NCBI GenBank assembly: GCA_050250255.1
Contig: JBFWOZ010000003.1
Location: 68,239-132,238 of the forward strand
DNA from: Bdellovibrionales bacterium
GTDB taxonomy: Bacteria > Bdellovibrionota > Bdellovibrionia > Bdellovibrionales > DASUEL01
DNA: 64,000 nucleotides
Direction: 5' to 3'
The notes beneath the pieces were generated by a model. That model was not told the DNA's origin. It ran no database searches and saw only the letters and a program-made list of their open reading frames with translations. Below, in pieces: positions 17,828 through 28,350 of the stretch (positions are counted from its first letter, which is position 1; each line of letters opens with the position of its first letter). The position numbers and the translations under genes were made by a program.

Positions 17828-19108
17828 ATGAATTCAAACTCTGAGAACACGAAGGAAGAATGGGATGAAGTCAGCGAACAAGCGCCAAGAAACGAAGTGG
17901 AATTTGTTGACTGGCTTTTTGTGGATCTCAACTCTTTTTTTGCTTCTGTTGAGCAACAGCTAAATCCTGTACTTCGCAACCGACCTGTTGCGGTTGTGCC
18001 TGTTCTTGCAGAAACCACTTCCTGCATTGCTGCGAGCTATGAGGCGAAAGCTTTCGGTGTAAAGACGGGGACAAGAGTGTCTGAAGCGAGGCAGATGTGC
18101 CCCGGGATTCGTTTTGTAAAAGGAAATCATAAAAATTATGCCGATTACCATCATCGTATTATAGATGCGGTGGAATCGTGTCTTCCGGTGACAGTTGTCA
18201 TGTCGATTGATGAGATGGCCTGTCGTCTTACAGGATCCGATCGTGGTATTCCAAAAGCGATGGAGATTGCAAAAGGGGTTAAACAGAAAATTCGTGAATT
18301 AGGGAGCGAACTCGGATGTTCAGTGGGACTAGCACCTAATCGATATTTGGCAAAAGTCGCTTCCGATATGCAAAAGCCTGACGGACTGACAGTGGTTCGA
18401 CGAAGTGAAATTCCTCAAAAATTTTTTCGGCTCAAGCCGAGAGATTTTCCAGGCATCGGCCACAATATGGAGATTCGGTTACAAAAAGCAGGGATCTATA
18501 CCGTAGAACAAATGTATCAAGCCGATCTTCATAAAATGCGAAGCATTTGGAGTGGGGTCGTTGGGGAAAGGTTTTACAAATGGATTCGCGGCGAAAACTT
18601 AGAAATCTCAACCGAAAAACATAAATCCATTAGCCATTCTCACGTTTTGGCTCCTGAGCTGCGAAATCCTAAGGGATCCTACGCCGTCGCTCAAAAACTC
18701 CTGCACAAAGCAGCTTATCGGCTTCGCAAAATCAATCATTGGGCGTGTGGAATGTCGGTTTCATTAAAATATTTAAATGGATCAAAGTGGCGAGAAGAAG
18801 TGCGAATGCTCGAGTGTCAGGACACATTTAGTTTTAATAAAATTTTACAAGAGATGTGGAAGACTTGCCCTGGGGGATCACCCATTAAAGTTTCGGTGGT
18901 GCTTTCTGATTTAGTAGCGGATGAAAATCGTAATGCTTCTTTTTTTGAAGAAACTAAGGGATTAGATTTGAGCCGGGCGATGGATCGTTTAAATAACAAG
19001 TACAATAAAAATTTAGTTTATCTCGCAGGAGTAGACCAAGCCAAAGTAGCAGCGCCTACGCGAATTGCTTTTTCGAATATTCCAAGCTTTGATTTAGAAG
19101 GAGAATAA
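17828..19108 (+). CDS. dinB: Y-family DNA polymerase (DinB/Pol IV-like)
   Basis: VDLNSFFASVE, AASYEAK.FG, SIDE, AKVASDMQKPDG; starts directly after the lexA stop. Confidence 0.9.
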   Translation: MNSNSENTKEEWDEVSEQAPRNEVEFVDWLFVDLNSFFASVEQQLNPVLRNRPVAVVPVLAETTSCIAASYEAKAFGVKTGTRVSEARQMCPGIRFVKGNHKNYADYHHRIIDAVESCLPVTVVMSIDEMACRLTGSDRGIPKAMEIAKGVKQKIRELGSELGCSVGLAPNRYLAKVASDMQKPDGLTVVRRSEIPQKFFRLKPRDFPGIGHNMEIRLQKAGIYTVEQMYQADLHKMRSIWSGVVGERFYKWIRGENLEISTEKHKSISHSHVLAPELRNPKGSYAVAQKLLHKAAYRLRKINHWACGMSVSLKYLNGSKWREEVRMLECQDTFSFNKILQEMWKTCPGGSPIKVSVVLSDLVADENRNASFFEETKGLDLSRAMDRLNNKYNKNLVYLAGVDQAKVAAPTRIAFSNIPSFDLEGE

Positions 19109-19111
19109 AAG

Positions 19112-19963
19112 TTAGCGAGAAGCGAGAGAATCAACGATTTCTTGGTAAAGAGTCGGAAGATCCTTAAGGGACGGAGTTGTGCCAACACTTGTTGGAAGAA
19201 CAAGAATTTTGAGCTGTTGATGGTTTTCTTTTAATTTTTCGAGGTTCTTAAGAGAAAAAATATTTTCGATCAAAAATAAATCAATATTCTCTTTTTTTAT
19301 CATCGAGAGGACTGCTGCTAAATGTTGGGGTGAAGGAGCTTGACCGGGATGACTTTCCAATACTGCGCGCGTATCGATCCCAAAACGTTTGAGAAAATAA
19401 TAGAATGTCGTGTGATAGGTGATCACTTTTTTACCTTTGAGAGGGTTGAGCTGGGTTTTCCAAAGAGCGAGTTGTTTTAAAAGTTGAGATTGAAACTCTT
19501 GCGCTCTTTTTTTAATCTCCATCCCTTGCTCAGGAAAAACTTCTATAAGTTTTAAAGAAAGGGGAGTGATAACATCGGCCACTCGCTGGGGATCTAAAAA
19601 GAGGTGAGGATTTCCCTCAGGATGATTTTTATGGGAGAGAAGAGGGTCTGTCTCCGGGTTCATGAGTGGGCCGAGGAGAAAGATTTTTTTTTGATCAACC
19701 TTTAATTTCTTGAGCCACTCTTCATAACCTAATCCGATGGCGACAACCAATTTGGCTTTTTGGGCCACCACGACATGGCTGGGCTTGATATCAATGTGAT
19801 GAGGATCTTGTTTTGCATCGGTAAAAGATTGGACTTTTAAAAATGGGGCTAAGGTAGAGACGAGAGATTGTATGTCGGTGGTTGTTGTAGCAACAAGAGA
19901 AGTTTCGGCAAAGACAGAGGTCGAAGACATAAAAATCGCAGAACAAAAAAGAAGACACCGCAT
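19112..19963 (-). CDS. Metal ABC transporter substrate-binding protein (ZnuA/TroA family)
   Basis: DPHH, GNPHLFLDP, TYH..FYYF motifs; no permease or ATPase nearby. Confidence 0.85.
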   Translation of the reverse strand: MRCLLFCSAIFMSSTSVFAETSLVATTTTDIQSLVSTLAPFLKVQSFTDAKQDPHHIDIKPSHVVVAQKAKLVVAIGLGYEEWLKKLKVDQKKIFLLGPLMNPETDPLLSHKNHPEGNPHLFLDPQRVADVITPLSLKLIEVFPEQGMEIKKRAQEFQSQLLKQLALWKTQLNPLKGKKVITYHTTFYYFLKRFGIDTRAVLESHPGQAPSPQHLAAVLSMIKKENIDLFLIENIFSLKNLEKLKENHQQLKILVLPTSVGTTPSLKDLPTLYQEIVDSLASR

Positions 19964-20036
19964 TTTTACTTCATACTATGAATAGCAATTTTTTTAAAGC
20001 CAACAGTGAGGGAGGGATGACCTACAATGCCACATA

Positions 20037-21545
20037 TTGACTTGGGCTCACCTCAAGAGGAGCATGGTCGCATCCATGAAGGTATTAACAAGCCCACTTT
20101 CACCAATGAAGATGTTCCTAGTGATTTTTACACTCGGCATTCTCACCCGTTCTTACGGAATTACCGACCACTGGAAAAATAATGACCATTACAATTTTGC
20201 GGGTGTCTCGACAACACACGCTTTGAAGTGCTTAAAATCCACGCCTTTTGACATTTCACGCGGTCTCTATCTTTCATTTTGTGACACTGCCAGTCCAGAC
20301 CTCTATGAGAACCATTCGCCCGCTTTTTTGTATCCCATGTGGGGACTGACCTTGGTTTTTGGAGAGGGGGAATGGGTCACGAGACTCTCCACATTGATTC
20401 ACTCTGCTTTAGCTATTCTTCTCGTTTTTTTAATAGGGCTTCAGGTGTGGCCTCTCGAACCGTATCGAGCGGTCTTTGCAAGTTTCTTTCAGGCCTTCTT
20501 TTTAGGGCCTATGTATTTTGGAACGCACATCGATCCGATCACCGAGTTCACGCTGACGTTCATGCTACTTTCCACCTACGCAGCTCTTAGAAATAAAATC
20601 TTTTGGTCACTTTTTTGGGCGCTGATTGCGGGATTCACGGCTTGGATCGGATTTTTTCACTTCGCTTCGCTTTTGGCCTTTGCGTGGCTTCGTGGAAAAG
20701 ATTTTAAAAAGACGCTAGCAGGAACGTTTGTTGGATTTCTTTTTTGTGTCGCTTTGCTGATGTACCTTCAAGGTACTTGGGACATCTTAGCCTTTGTTCA
20801 AAAAAAGATTTTTAATCCCGAATATATTCCGGCGGAAGACTGGGTTGAAAAGGCTTTGTGGCCAGTACGTTTTGTAAAAAACTTTTTTGTCTCCCAAGCC
20901 CGTCTTTTAGGGCCTTTGTTTGCAAGCTTTGTGTTCTATGAGCTTGTTTTCGGTAGAGCTTCAAAAATTTTTAGTTATAAAAAGGGTGTATGGTCCCAAG
21001 CCACAAACTATCAGTGGGCACTACTTCTTTTGTCGCTCGGTTCGGCCATTTACTCTGTACTCGGCGTGAAGTACGTAATGGTGCATATCTATCTTTTTAA
21101 TTTTTTCATGCCTCTCTATGCGCTTCTCGCGACAGAGTTTGTATGGAAAGTGTTTCAGCAAGGCGTACAAAGCATTGAGCCCAAAAAGTATGCTCTTTGG
21201 GCTTTGCCACTCGTCGCTCTTTATCCCTACGGAATTTATAAAACCAACGTGCTTCATGATGCGATTACCAGCGGACTGATTGTTCTTTTAAGTGGCTATA
21301 TGTTATGGGCTATTTTTAAACGTCGACTGTCGTCTCAGGTTTTACAATTCTGTTTAGTAGCGGCAGCTCTACTTAATTTTAGCCAAGTGGTGAATTACCG
21401 AAACGAAGCGGATACCGAATTTCCGTTTTGTGAATGGGCCAGAGCTGAGTACGCACGTACGGGTCAACCTATACGCACGAAAGAGCCGCACACACGCAAT
21501 AAAGAATTTCTTTACTGCCGTGGCATTCCGATCATTTACGAATAA
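20037..21545 (+). CDS. Polytopic membrane protein, GT-C/ArnT-like glycosyltransferase candidate
   Basis: YENHSP, FGEGEWVTRL (ArnT-like FG..EW..RL), many TM segments; start uncertain. Confidence 0.6.
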   Translation: MTWAHLKRSMVASMKVLTSPLSPMKMFLVIFTLGILTRSYGITDHWKNNDHYNFAGVSTTHALKCLKSTPFDISRGLYLSFCDTASPDLYENHSPAFLYPMWGLTLVFGEGEWVTRLSTLIHSALAILLVFLIGLQVWPLEPYRAVFASFFQAFFLGPMYFGTHIDPITEFTLTFMLLSTYAALRNKIFWSLFWALIAGFTAWIGFFHFASLLAFAWLRGKDFKKTLAGTFVGFLFCVALLMYLQGTWDILAFVQKKIFNPEYIPAEDWVEKALWPVRFVKNFFVSQARLLGPLFASFVFYELVFGRASKIFSYKKGVWSQATNYQWALLLLSLGSAIYSVLGVKYVMVHIYLFNFFMPLYALLATEFVWKVFQQGVQSIEPKKYALWALPLVALYPYGIYKTNVLHDAITSGLIVLLSGYMLWAIFKRRLSSQVLQFCLVAAALLNFSQVVNYRNEADTEFPFCEWARAEYARTGQPIRTKEPHTRNKEFLYCRGIPIIYE

Positions 21546-21558
21546 ACATTTCCTAACA

Positions 21559-23310
21559 TTAAACCCACAGAACCTCTTCGACCCGTTGAATGCCGAGCTT
21601 ATCCATCACGACGCGATAAAGTTTATCTTGTGAGTGGGTGGGTTGGGTCTCTGCGGATTTGCTCAAGGAAAGAAAACTTTTCTTCTTAGCGTTCAATTTG
21701 ATTCGGACGAGAAAATAAAAATGATACACCTTGTGGGAACGGTAGGCCGCGAGGGTCCCGTCCGTCTGAAGAATCGAAATATCTTTATGAGGATCATCCA
21801 TGTGGCGTAAAAATCGTTCTAAATTAATACGAATGTTTTCTTGCACGGCCCAGATGGAGTGAGTGCCAAGACAAGTTTTGGAGGCCGTAGAAGAAATCTC
21901 CTGAGCTTTTTTATAAACGATCAAGTCTTCTTGTACAGAAGAGAGAATGGCTTTCGGCGTATAAGCCTCTCTCCACTGTGTCCACTCAGCGGAATCTTTT
22001 GCGGAACATTTTTGTAAGGATTGAATACGAAACCATTCTTTCACGTAGCCTACGGAATCGTTCCCGTTTTCTTGATCGGTCATAAGCTGTTGGTCGAAGT
22101 CAGGAATAAGTTCAGTGGCTCGCTGACTTAAGCGCTCGCGCGCCCAGTCCTTAATGCGATCGCGAAGCACGTAAACGATAACCCCAAAACAAAAAATAAA
22201 AAGACCTTGAAAGGCCACGCCAAAAAGATCGGGGCGATTGAGCTTTTGAAAGAGCATCGCCCAGCTACCGGCACAAGTGGCGCCAACGAGAGCCATGGTC
22301 TCAGAGATTTTTTGCGCAGATGGTTTTCGAGTCACATCAAGAAACATGCGTGATTGAAAGAATTTTTTGAGTTGCCCCATGTGATGGAGATAGGCTTCGC
22401 CTTGTAGCGGAGTGCTGTTTGGCTCCATCTTTTTCTTCTTTTGTGAATACTCAACCTCGCGGAGCTGAATCGACTTCATCTTCGATATGAGTTCTTGATG
22501 AAGTTCCGCAAAGTGTGTGCCTTTGCCTTGGGCTTGCCCTTGTTCAAGTGCGATTTGCATTTGCCCTAAATATTGAATGAAAGCTTGGGTGATAAAATCG
22601 TCGAGAAAATGTAGGAGTTGTTGAAGCGGATGTTGCGAACTCCACTCGCGAATCGTTAAAAGGTGTCGCGAATAAAGGTCCATCTCGTAAATCACGTCGA
22701 ACATTTGGGTAGTGCCTAAGTTGTCCGGCGCGAGAAGGGAATAAGACATCAAAATATGTTTTTTAGATTTAGAGCCAGAGTATTTGAGATTCTCGCTAAA
22801 AATAGCGCCGAGCTCTTTAATGCTTTCTTGCAAATTTTCGACGTAAGAAAAGGGTTCGTTGAGTTGAGATCTCTGGGTTTGTTTTAAATCTTGCGCCACG
22901 TTTTCCAGCGCAATTTTCTGTGCCGAGTGACCAAGGCGATTCTGCATGGGTATAGAAAGTCTTAGTCGCGGCCGAAAATCTCCGTAGATATCTTGTTTAC
23001 GCCAGCTGGTTGCTTGCAAACTTCTCGGGACAAAAAGTGCGACTTCCATTTCGCTGTGGAACTTCTCTTGCGAGACTTCAAAGTAATTTTTAATTTCTAC
23101 GTTATGGTGGTCGTGGTGGGAAAGCGTGCTTTTAAGATGGCAGTCGAGAGGCAAAGCAGGTTCTGGTTGAAGCTGCAGCCAGGAAGTAAAGTCGAGCGCC
23201 CTTTTTGCGGGACCCTTTATTCGTTTTGAAAAAGTGATGAATTCTTGAACGATGAAAAACCTCCGAAAGTACCTCCCAACGGCCAGTTGGGGTAAATATA
23301 AGGCTATCAT
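21559..23310 (-). CDS. Hypothetical protein with two central TM helices
   Basis: 583-aa ORF; TM pair followed by YVLRDRIKDW; start uncertain. Confidence 0.6.
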   Translation of the reverse strand: MIALYLPQLAVGRYFRRFFIVQEFITFSKRIKGPAKRALDFTSWLQLQPEPALPLDCHLKSTLSHHDHHNVEIKNYFEVSQEKFHSEMEVALFVPRSLQATSWRKQDIYGDFRPRLRLSIPMQNRLGHSAQKIALENVAQDLKQTQRSQLNEPFSYVENLQESIKELGAIFSENLKYSGSKSKKHILMSYSLLAPDNLGTTQMFDVIYEMDLYSRHLLTIREWSSQHPLQQLLHFLDDFITQAFIQYLGQMQIALEQGQAQGKGTHFAELHQELISKMKSIQLREVEYSQKKKKMEPNSTPLQGEAYLHHMGQLKKFFQSRMFLDVTRKPSAQKISETMALVGATCAGSWAMLFQKLNRPDLFGVAFQGLFIFCFGVIVYVLRDRIKDWARERLSQRATELIPDFDQQLMTDQENGNDSVGYVKEWFRIQSLQKCSAKDSAEWTQWREAYTPKAILSSVQEDLIVYKKAQEISSTASKTCLGTHSIWAVQENIRINLERFLRHMDDPHKDISILQTDGTLAAYRSHKVYHFYFLVRIKLNAKKKSFLSLSKSAETQPTHSQDKLYRVVMDKLGIQRVEEVLWV

Positions 23311-23370
23311 TAGGCCCGAGGGTCACAAAGAAATTTCTGATGAAAGTCTAGGATCTAAAGATGGTCATGG

Positions 23371-23793
23371 TTGGAATTGCTTGACGAAATGTTTCATGAA
23401 AATCTTAAGGAGATGCCAAAAAAGAATCTCAAAGTCCTTGTTATAGATGACGACGCTGAGTCTGCACAAGGCGTTGCGGAATGTTTTCAGATTTATGGAT
23501 TTACTTCTCAGATCTCGATGAGCTCAGAGGCGATTCGGCAAATTCAGGAAGCGACCTTTGATGTCATTCTGGTCGATATGAAAATGAAAAACGCCTCTGG
23601 TTTAGACCTCTTGCGACATTTTCAAAAACAAATACATTCACAGAATCAAACCACCAAAATTTTTGCCATGTTTGAAGGGCAAAAAGCACCGGGCCTCGAT
23701 GACCTCGAAATTGACGGGTCTGTTTCTAAGCCTGTCACCGCGCAAAAAATTATTGAGATTGTACGTAAGGCGAGTTTGTCACGAGTGGGTTAA
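23371..23793 (+). CDS. Single-domain response regulator (receiver)
   Basis: VLVIDDD, DVILVDMKM, SGLDLL, SKPV; start probably downstream of 23371. Confidence 0.8.
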   Translation: MELLDEMFHENLKEMPKKNLKVLVIDDDAESAQGVAECFQIYGFTSQISMSSEAIRQIQEATFDVILVDMKMKNASGLDLLRHFQKQIHSQNQTTKIFAMFEGQKAPGLDDLEIDGSVSKPVTAQKIIEIVRKASLSRVG

Positions 23794-24755
23794 AGCTTGA
23801 TGTGTAAACCTTCGTACGCGAACTGCCAATCCACTTCATTTAGCTTTTCAGTTTTTGCCGACTTTAATCTTTGTTCGTAATACTGCCGGGTCTGTCGTTC
23901 ATTTTCGACAAGATCCTCATCGCTCGCAAAAGGATCGTGATGAACGAAAGCAACTTGTTTAATTCCTTCGCGCATCGCAAGGTCTAGGCCTACACTCGGA
24001 ACGGAATGCCCCCAGTTCGCTTTATCAATCACTTCTTTTACAGAGTACTGGCCATCAAAGATCATGAGATCAATGTTTTGGTAAAGTGGAAGATCTGGGC
24101 CTAATTGCTCTGGCGTAAAACGTGTGCATTCCGTGTCGACACAATAAGCGAGACTCTTATTTTTATGAGAAATACGATAACCCCAAGATGGATCTGGATG
24201 ATCGAGCATGTAAGGAGTGATGGTCATGTCTCCAAGAGTGAGAGGTTTTCTTGGTTGTAAGGCATTGAAAGTGATTTTTGCGCCGAGATCTTTGAATTCT
24301 ACAGGGAAGATGGGTCGATGAAAAATAGCGCGAATGGAAGGCTCTAATTCTTCTTGGACCGCATAAAAGTGAATGATGTTTCCAGGTACAAAAATGGGTC
24401 TGAAAAAGGGAATGCCAATCAGATGATCTAAGTGAAAATGAGTCATTAAAATATGAACTTCGCCTTTTCCTTTTCCACAAGGACCTGACATAAGTTCTTC
24501 GCCCGCTTGTTTGAGACCACTGCCTCCGTCGATAAGAATTTGAAATTGGTCCGTGCGGATTTCCGTACAAGTCGTGTTGCCCCCAAAGCCTTCCACCTTC
24601 CAGCGATCTTCAGATTCCAGGAAGCGACCGATATTGTTGGCTTGTGCACCAAATTCAATGAAGTCAGATAAAAGCCTACGGCCTCGCTCGCGAGTTTCCC
24701 ACACTGTACTAGGGCGGGGTACAGAACCTCGCACGCCTAAAAAACGAATATTCAT
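23790..24755 (-). CDS. MBL-fold metallo-hydrolase (phosphodiesterase-like)
   Basis: GVRGSVP, GGNTTC, THFHLDH, DHP, DGQY, WGHS, HHDP. Confidence 0.85.
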   Translation of the reverse strand: MNIRFLGVRGSVPRPSTVWETRERGRRLLSDFIEFGAQANNIGRFLESEDRWKVEGFGGNTTCTEIRTDQFQILIDGGSGLKQAGEELMSGPCGKGKGEVHILMTHFHLDHLIGIPFFRPIFVPGNIIHFYAVQEELEPSIRAIFHRPIFPVEFKDLGAKITFNALQPRKPLTLGDMTITPYMLDHPDPSWGYRISHKNKSLAYCVDTECTRFTPEQLGPDLPLYQNIDLMIFDGQYSVKEVIDKANWGHSVPSVGLDLAMREGIKQVAFVHHDPFASDEDLVENERQTRQYYEQRLKSAKTEKLNEVDWQFAYEGLHIKL

Positions 24756-24833
24756 GTTTGTTAACCTTTGCTCGTATGCTTCAGGCTATTTTTAAGCTTC
24801 GGTTCTGTCAATTTTTGAGCTTTTACAAAGGCT

Positions 24834-25625
24834 GTGCGTCTAAGATTCGGCTTGTCTCTCGGAGGGAGCTGTTTCAGAATCAATTCCGTGAAAAAATTCA
24901 ATTCCATTCTTCTTTTTTGTGACGGTGCTTGCTCTGGAAACCCCGGTCCTGGGGGTTGGGCGACAGTTTTGGCGTCTCCTGATAAGGGAGTGTTAGAGCT
25001 TGGAGGCCGAGTCCTTGCCACAACGAACAACCGTATGGAAATGCAAGCGCTTCTCGAAGGCTTAAAAAAAATTAAAAGTAGTACAACGCCTATTCTTGTA
25101 TTCTCTGATTCCGTCTACGTACTTCGTGGCGTGTCGGCATGGGCTCATGGTTGGAAAAAAAGAGGTTGGAAGACCGCCGAAGGTGAGGATGTCGCCAATC
25201 GCGATTTATGGGAGCTCATTTTGCCTGAGGTTTCGCGTTTAGGTTCATCACGCTTTCAGTGGAATTATGTGCGCGGACATACGGGCGTTCCGGGAAATGA
25301 GCGTTGTGATGTCATTGCGGTGGAATTCTCTCAGGGGCAAAAGCCTGACCTCTATGAAGGAAGCTGGGATGGCTACACTTACGATTTACTCGAATTGCCT
25401 GCAGACTTGTCTTTACCTGCGATGAAATCTGCTAATTCTGGCCCAAAAATGCCGATGACCTATTTGAGTTTGGTGAACGGGGTGCTGCAACGGCATAAAA
25501 CATGGTCGGAATGTGAAGCGCGTGTGAAGGGCCGCCCTGGAGCAAAATTTAAAAAAGCAAAAAATAACGAAGAAGAAACAGCTATTGCCATTTCATGGGG
25601 TGTTGATCCCAGCCAATTGGTATAG
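24834..25625 (+). CDS. rnhA: Ribonuclease HI with C-terminal hybrid-binding (viroplasmin-like) domain
   Basis: DGACSGNPGPGGW, TTNNRME, DSVYV, NRDLW, VRGHTG..GNERCD; C-terminal TWSECEARVKG.PGAKFKK; start probably near 24888. Confidence 0.92.
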   Translation: MRLRFGLSLGGSCFRINSVKKFNSILLFCDGACSGNPGPGGWATVLASPDKGVLELGGRVLATTNNRMEMQALLEGLKKIKSSTTPILVFSDSVYVLRGVSAWAHGWKKRGWKTAEGEDVANRDLWELILPEVSRLGSSRFQWNYVRGHTGVPGNERCDVIAVEFSQGQKPDLYEGSWDGYTYDLLELPADLSLPAMKSANSGPKMPMTYLSLVNGVLQRHKTWSECEARVKGRPGAKFKKAKNNEEETAIAISWGVDPSQLV

Positions 25626-25628
25626 GAG

Positions 25629-28280
25629 ATGAATATGAAAGTTTCCATTTTATTAACAGGGTTCATTTTGTTTGCAGCCTCTTTTGTTCAAGCAAATGTT
25701 GATGCAAATTTAAAAGAAACATTTGCATTGGAACGTTCACGCTTGGTGAAGGATCCAGTTTATAAACTTCACATCAAGCTCGAAAAAGAGAAAGAAACTT
25801 TTGCGGGTGAAGAAACTCTCTCTTTTCGGCTCGTTGAAAAAGAAGACGACGTTTGGGTGGATTTTAAATACGGTGAAGTGACCGAGCTTCTCGTAAACAG
25901 AATCAAAGTGGAGAAAGTCGAGATCAAAGATTTTCGTATTCGGTTACCTGAAGACCTGTTGGTGGCAGGACAAAACGACATCTTCATTCGTTACACGCAG
26001 AAATTTTCTAAAAACGGAACGGGCCTGTACCGGTTTCAAGATCCGCAGGATAAGCAAGTCTACATCTATTCGATGTTCGAGCCTTACGACGCCAATCACA
26101 TGTTTCCAAGTTTTGATCAACCGGATATGAAGGGAGTTTTTCATCTCACAGTCGAAGCTCCATCTGACTGGGTGGTGATTAGTTCAGGGAAAGAAAAGCA
26201 GGTAGGAAGATCAGGGAGAATGATTAAATGGGCTTTTGAAGAAACACTTCAAATCAGCCCTTACATTTTCTCTCTTCACGCTGGACCTTACAAAGTTTGG
26301 AAATCTCAAGCAGGAGAGATCCCTTTAAGACTTTTTGCGCGAAAGTCGCTTGCCAAGTACGTTCGCGTATCTGATTGGTTTGAACCGACTCGTCATGGAT
26401 TTAAATTCTTTCAATCGTATTTTAATTACCCTTATCCTTTTAAAAAATATGATCAACTGATCGTTCCAGATTTTAACTATGGAGCGATGGAAAACGTGGC
26501 GGCGGTTACGTTTGCGGAACGCTACGTGATTCGTGGCACCCCAACGACTTTAGATCGCGAGCGCCTCGCCGAGACTCTTCTCCACGAAATGGCACACATG
26601 TGGTTTGGAAATTTGGTTACGATGAGATGGTGGAACGGTTTGTGGCTTAATGAAAGCTTTGCGACTTACCTATCAATGATGGCCGTGGTGCAAATGAAAG
26701 ACTTCTCGTACTCATGGCAAACTTTTAATACAAGCATTAAGTCATGGGCTTATTGGGAAGATCAGCTTGTCACAACCCATCCGATTGAAGGGCAAGTTCC
26801 TGACACTCTCTCGGCTTTTGTGAATTTTGATGGAATTACTTACGGCAAGGGCGCCAGCGTCTTAAAACAACTTCATTACTTTTTGGGCGAAGAAGCTTTT
26901 CGTGATGGACTCAGGATTTATTTTAAAGCCCATGAGTATGGTAATACAGAAATTAAAGATTTTACGGGAGCTCTCGCTTCAAGTTCCGGAATGGATTTAC
27001 GTGAGTGGTCGAAGCTTTGGCTTGAAAAAGCAGGTTTAGATTCTATCAGGCCAGAGTATGAGTGTGTACAAGGCCGTGTAAAAACATTTGACCTTCTTAA
27101 AACACCTCCTGGAGCAGAGCCGGTGGATCGCCCGCATCGCACTCAGATTGCGCTCTTTGATGTGAAAAATAATCGTCTCGTAAAACGTAAGACGGCGAAC
27201 TTGCGTTACCAAACGGCTTCGACGATTGTGAGCGAATTCATTGGTGAAAAATGTCCAGGCTTTGTTTACTCCAACTTCGGCGACTATGATTATGTCAAAG
27301 TCGAGCTAGACGGAAATAGTATCGAAACAGCGAAAAAATATCTCTCAACGATTGACGATGTTCTCTTGCGTACGATGATTTGGGGCAACCTCTTTGAGAT
27401 GTTGAGAGATGCGAAAATTTCTTTAGCAGATTATCTGGAAATTGTGCTTCAGCATTTTCCTAAAGAACAAAGTTTGCCGGCGATGAAGCTGGTGCTCGAC
27501 TCGCTTCACGGTCGTGGTTTTAACGCCTTAGACACTTTTACTTATTATTATCCTCAAAGCGAAAAGCGTTTGGCAGTGATTTCTCAGCTAGAAAAGATGT
27601 TATGGAATAGATTAATCAAGGCGAAGGCGGGAAGTGGACATCAAAAAATTCTTTTTACGTCTTACACCAAGCTCGCAGAATCTCTTGAGGCGCAAAAACG
27701 ATTAGCAGGATTTTTAAAAAGCGCCCGACCGTTAAAAGGCTTCAAGGTGGATCAAGATCTTCGCTGGACCGTGATTAAGCGTTTAAGCCAGAATAATTAT
27801 GCAGGTGTCGCAAAACTCATTGCAGCCGAAAAGAAGCGTGACAGTTCTGAAGAGGGAATGAAGCAAGCCATAGCTGCGGAAGTGCTTTCGCCAGATATAA
27901 AAGTGAAGAAAGCATGGCTTGAAAAACTGGGTCAGAAGAATGAGGAATCGCTCGGCCGACAAAAGGCAGCGATGGATCATCTTTTCACAGGAGCTCAAGC
28001 GCAAGTCTATGCCGAATTACTGAGCCTGGTTTTAGAACAAACGGCCACTCTTGCGACGGAAAAAGATCAAGAGTTTATGGGAACTTGGGCGGAATCCATG
28101 ATTCCTCGTTACTGTGATGAATCCAGCCGTGAGAAAATGGAAAGTTTTTTGAAGAGCAAAAGCTCTCGATTACCGCCGGCAATCGTGAAACCGTTACGTA
28201 TTCATTTACAGGAAGAACAACGTTGTATTCTCATCCGAGCGAAAATGGGTGAAGGCGCCGCCATTAAAACCGGCACCTAA
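25629..28280 (+). CDS. pepN: Aminopeptidase N (M1), exported
   Basis: GAMEN, HEMAHMWFG..NES zinc motif, FDGITYGKG; N-terminal signal peptide. Confidence 0.93.
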   Translation: MNMKVSILLTGFILFAASFVQANVDANLKETFALERSRLVKDPVYKLHIKLEKEKETFAGEETLSFRLVEKEDDVWVDFKYGEVTELLVNRIKVEKVEIKDFRIRLPEDLLVAGQNDIFIRYTQKFSKNGTGLYRFQDPQDKQVYIYSMFEPYDANHMFPSFDQPDMKGVFHLTVEAPSDWVVISSGKEKQVGRSGRMIKWAFEETLQISPYIFSLHAGPYKVWKSQAGEIPLRLFARKSLAKYVRVSDWFEPTRHGFKFFQSYFNYPYPFKKYDQLIVPDFNYGAMENVAAVTFAERYVIRGTPTTLDRERLAETLLHEMAHMWFGNLVTMRWWNGLWLNESFATYLSMMAVVQMKDFSYSWQTFNTSIKSWAYWEDQLVTTHPIEGQVPDTLSAFVNFDGITYGKGASVLKQLHYFLGEEAFRDGLRIYFKAHEYGNTEIKDFTGALASSSGMDLREWSKLWLEKAGLDSIRPEYECVQGRVKTFDLLKTPPGAEPVDRPHRTQIALFDVKNNRLVKRKTANLRYQTASTIVSEFIGEKCPGFVYSNFGDYDYVKVELDGNSIETAKKYLSTIDDVLLRTMIWGNLFEMLRDAKISLADYLEIVLQHFPKEQSLPAMKLVLDSLHGRGFNALDTFTYYYPQSEKRLAVISQLEKMLWNRLIKAKAGSGHQKILFTSYTKLAESLEAQKRLAGFLKSARPLKGFKVDQDLRWTVIKRLSQNNYAGVAKLIAAEKKRDSSEEGMKQAIAAEVLSPDIKVKKAWLEKLGQKNEESLGRQKAAMDHLFTGAQAQVYAELLSLVLEQTATLATEKDQEFMGTWAESMIPRYCDESSREKMESFLKSKSSRLPPAIVKPLRIHLQEEQRCILIRAKMGEGAAIKTGT

Positions 28281-28283
28281 ATA

Positions 28284-28347
28284 TCCATAAGGGTCGTCGG
28301 ATATGTTGTTGCTCGGTCGCGCCGAGCCTCTCTCCAAGCTTTATGGA
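28284..28347. repeat. Short derivative of the palindromic element at 51834-51957
   Basis: TCCATAA/TTATGGA arms enclose GTTGCTCGGTCGCGCC, which fuses two segments of the 51.9 kb element; lies between convergent pepN and dcp. Confidence 0.45.
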
Positions 28348-28350
28348 AGT

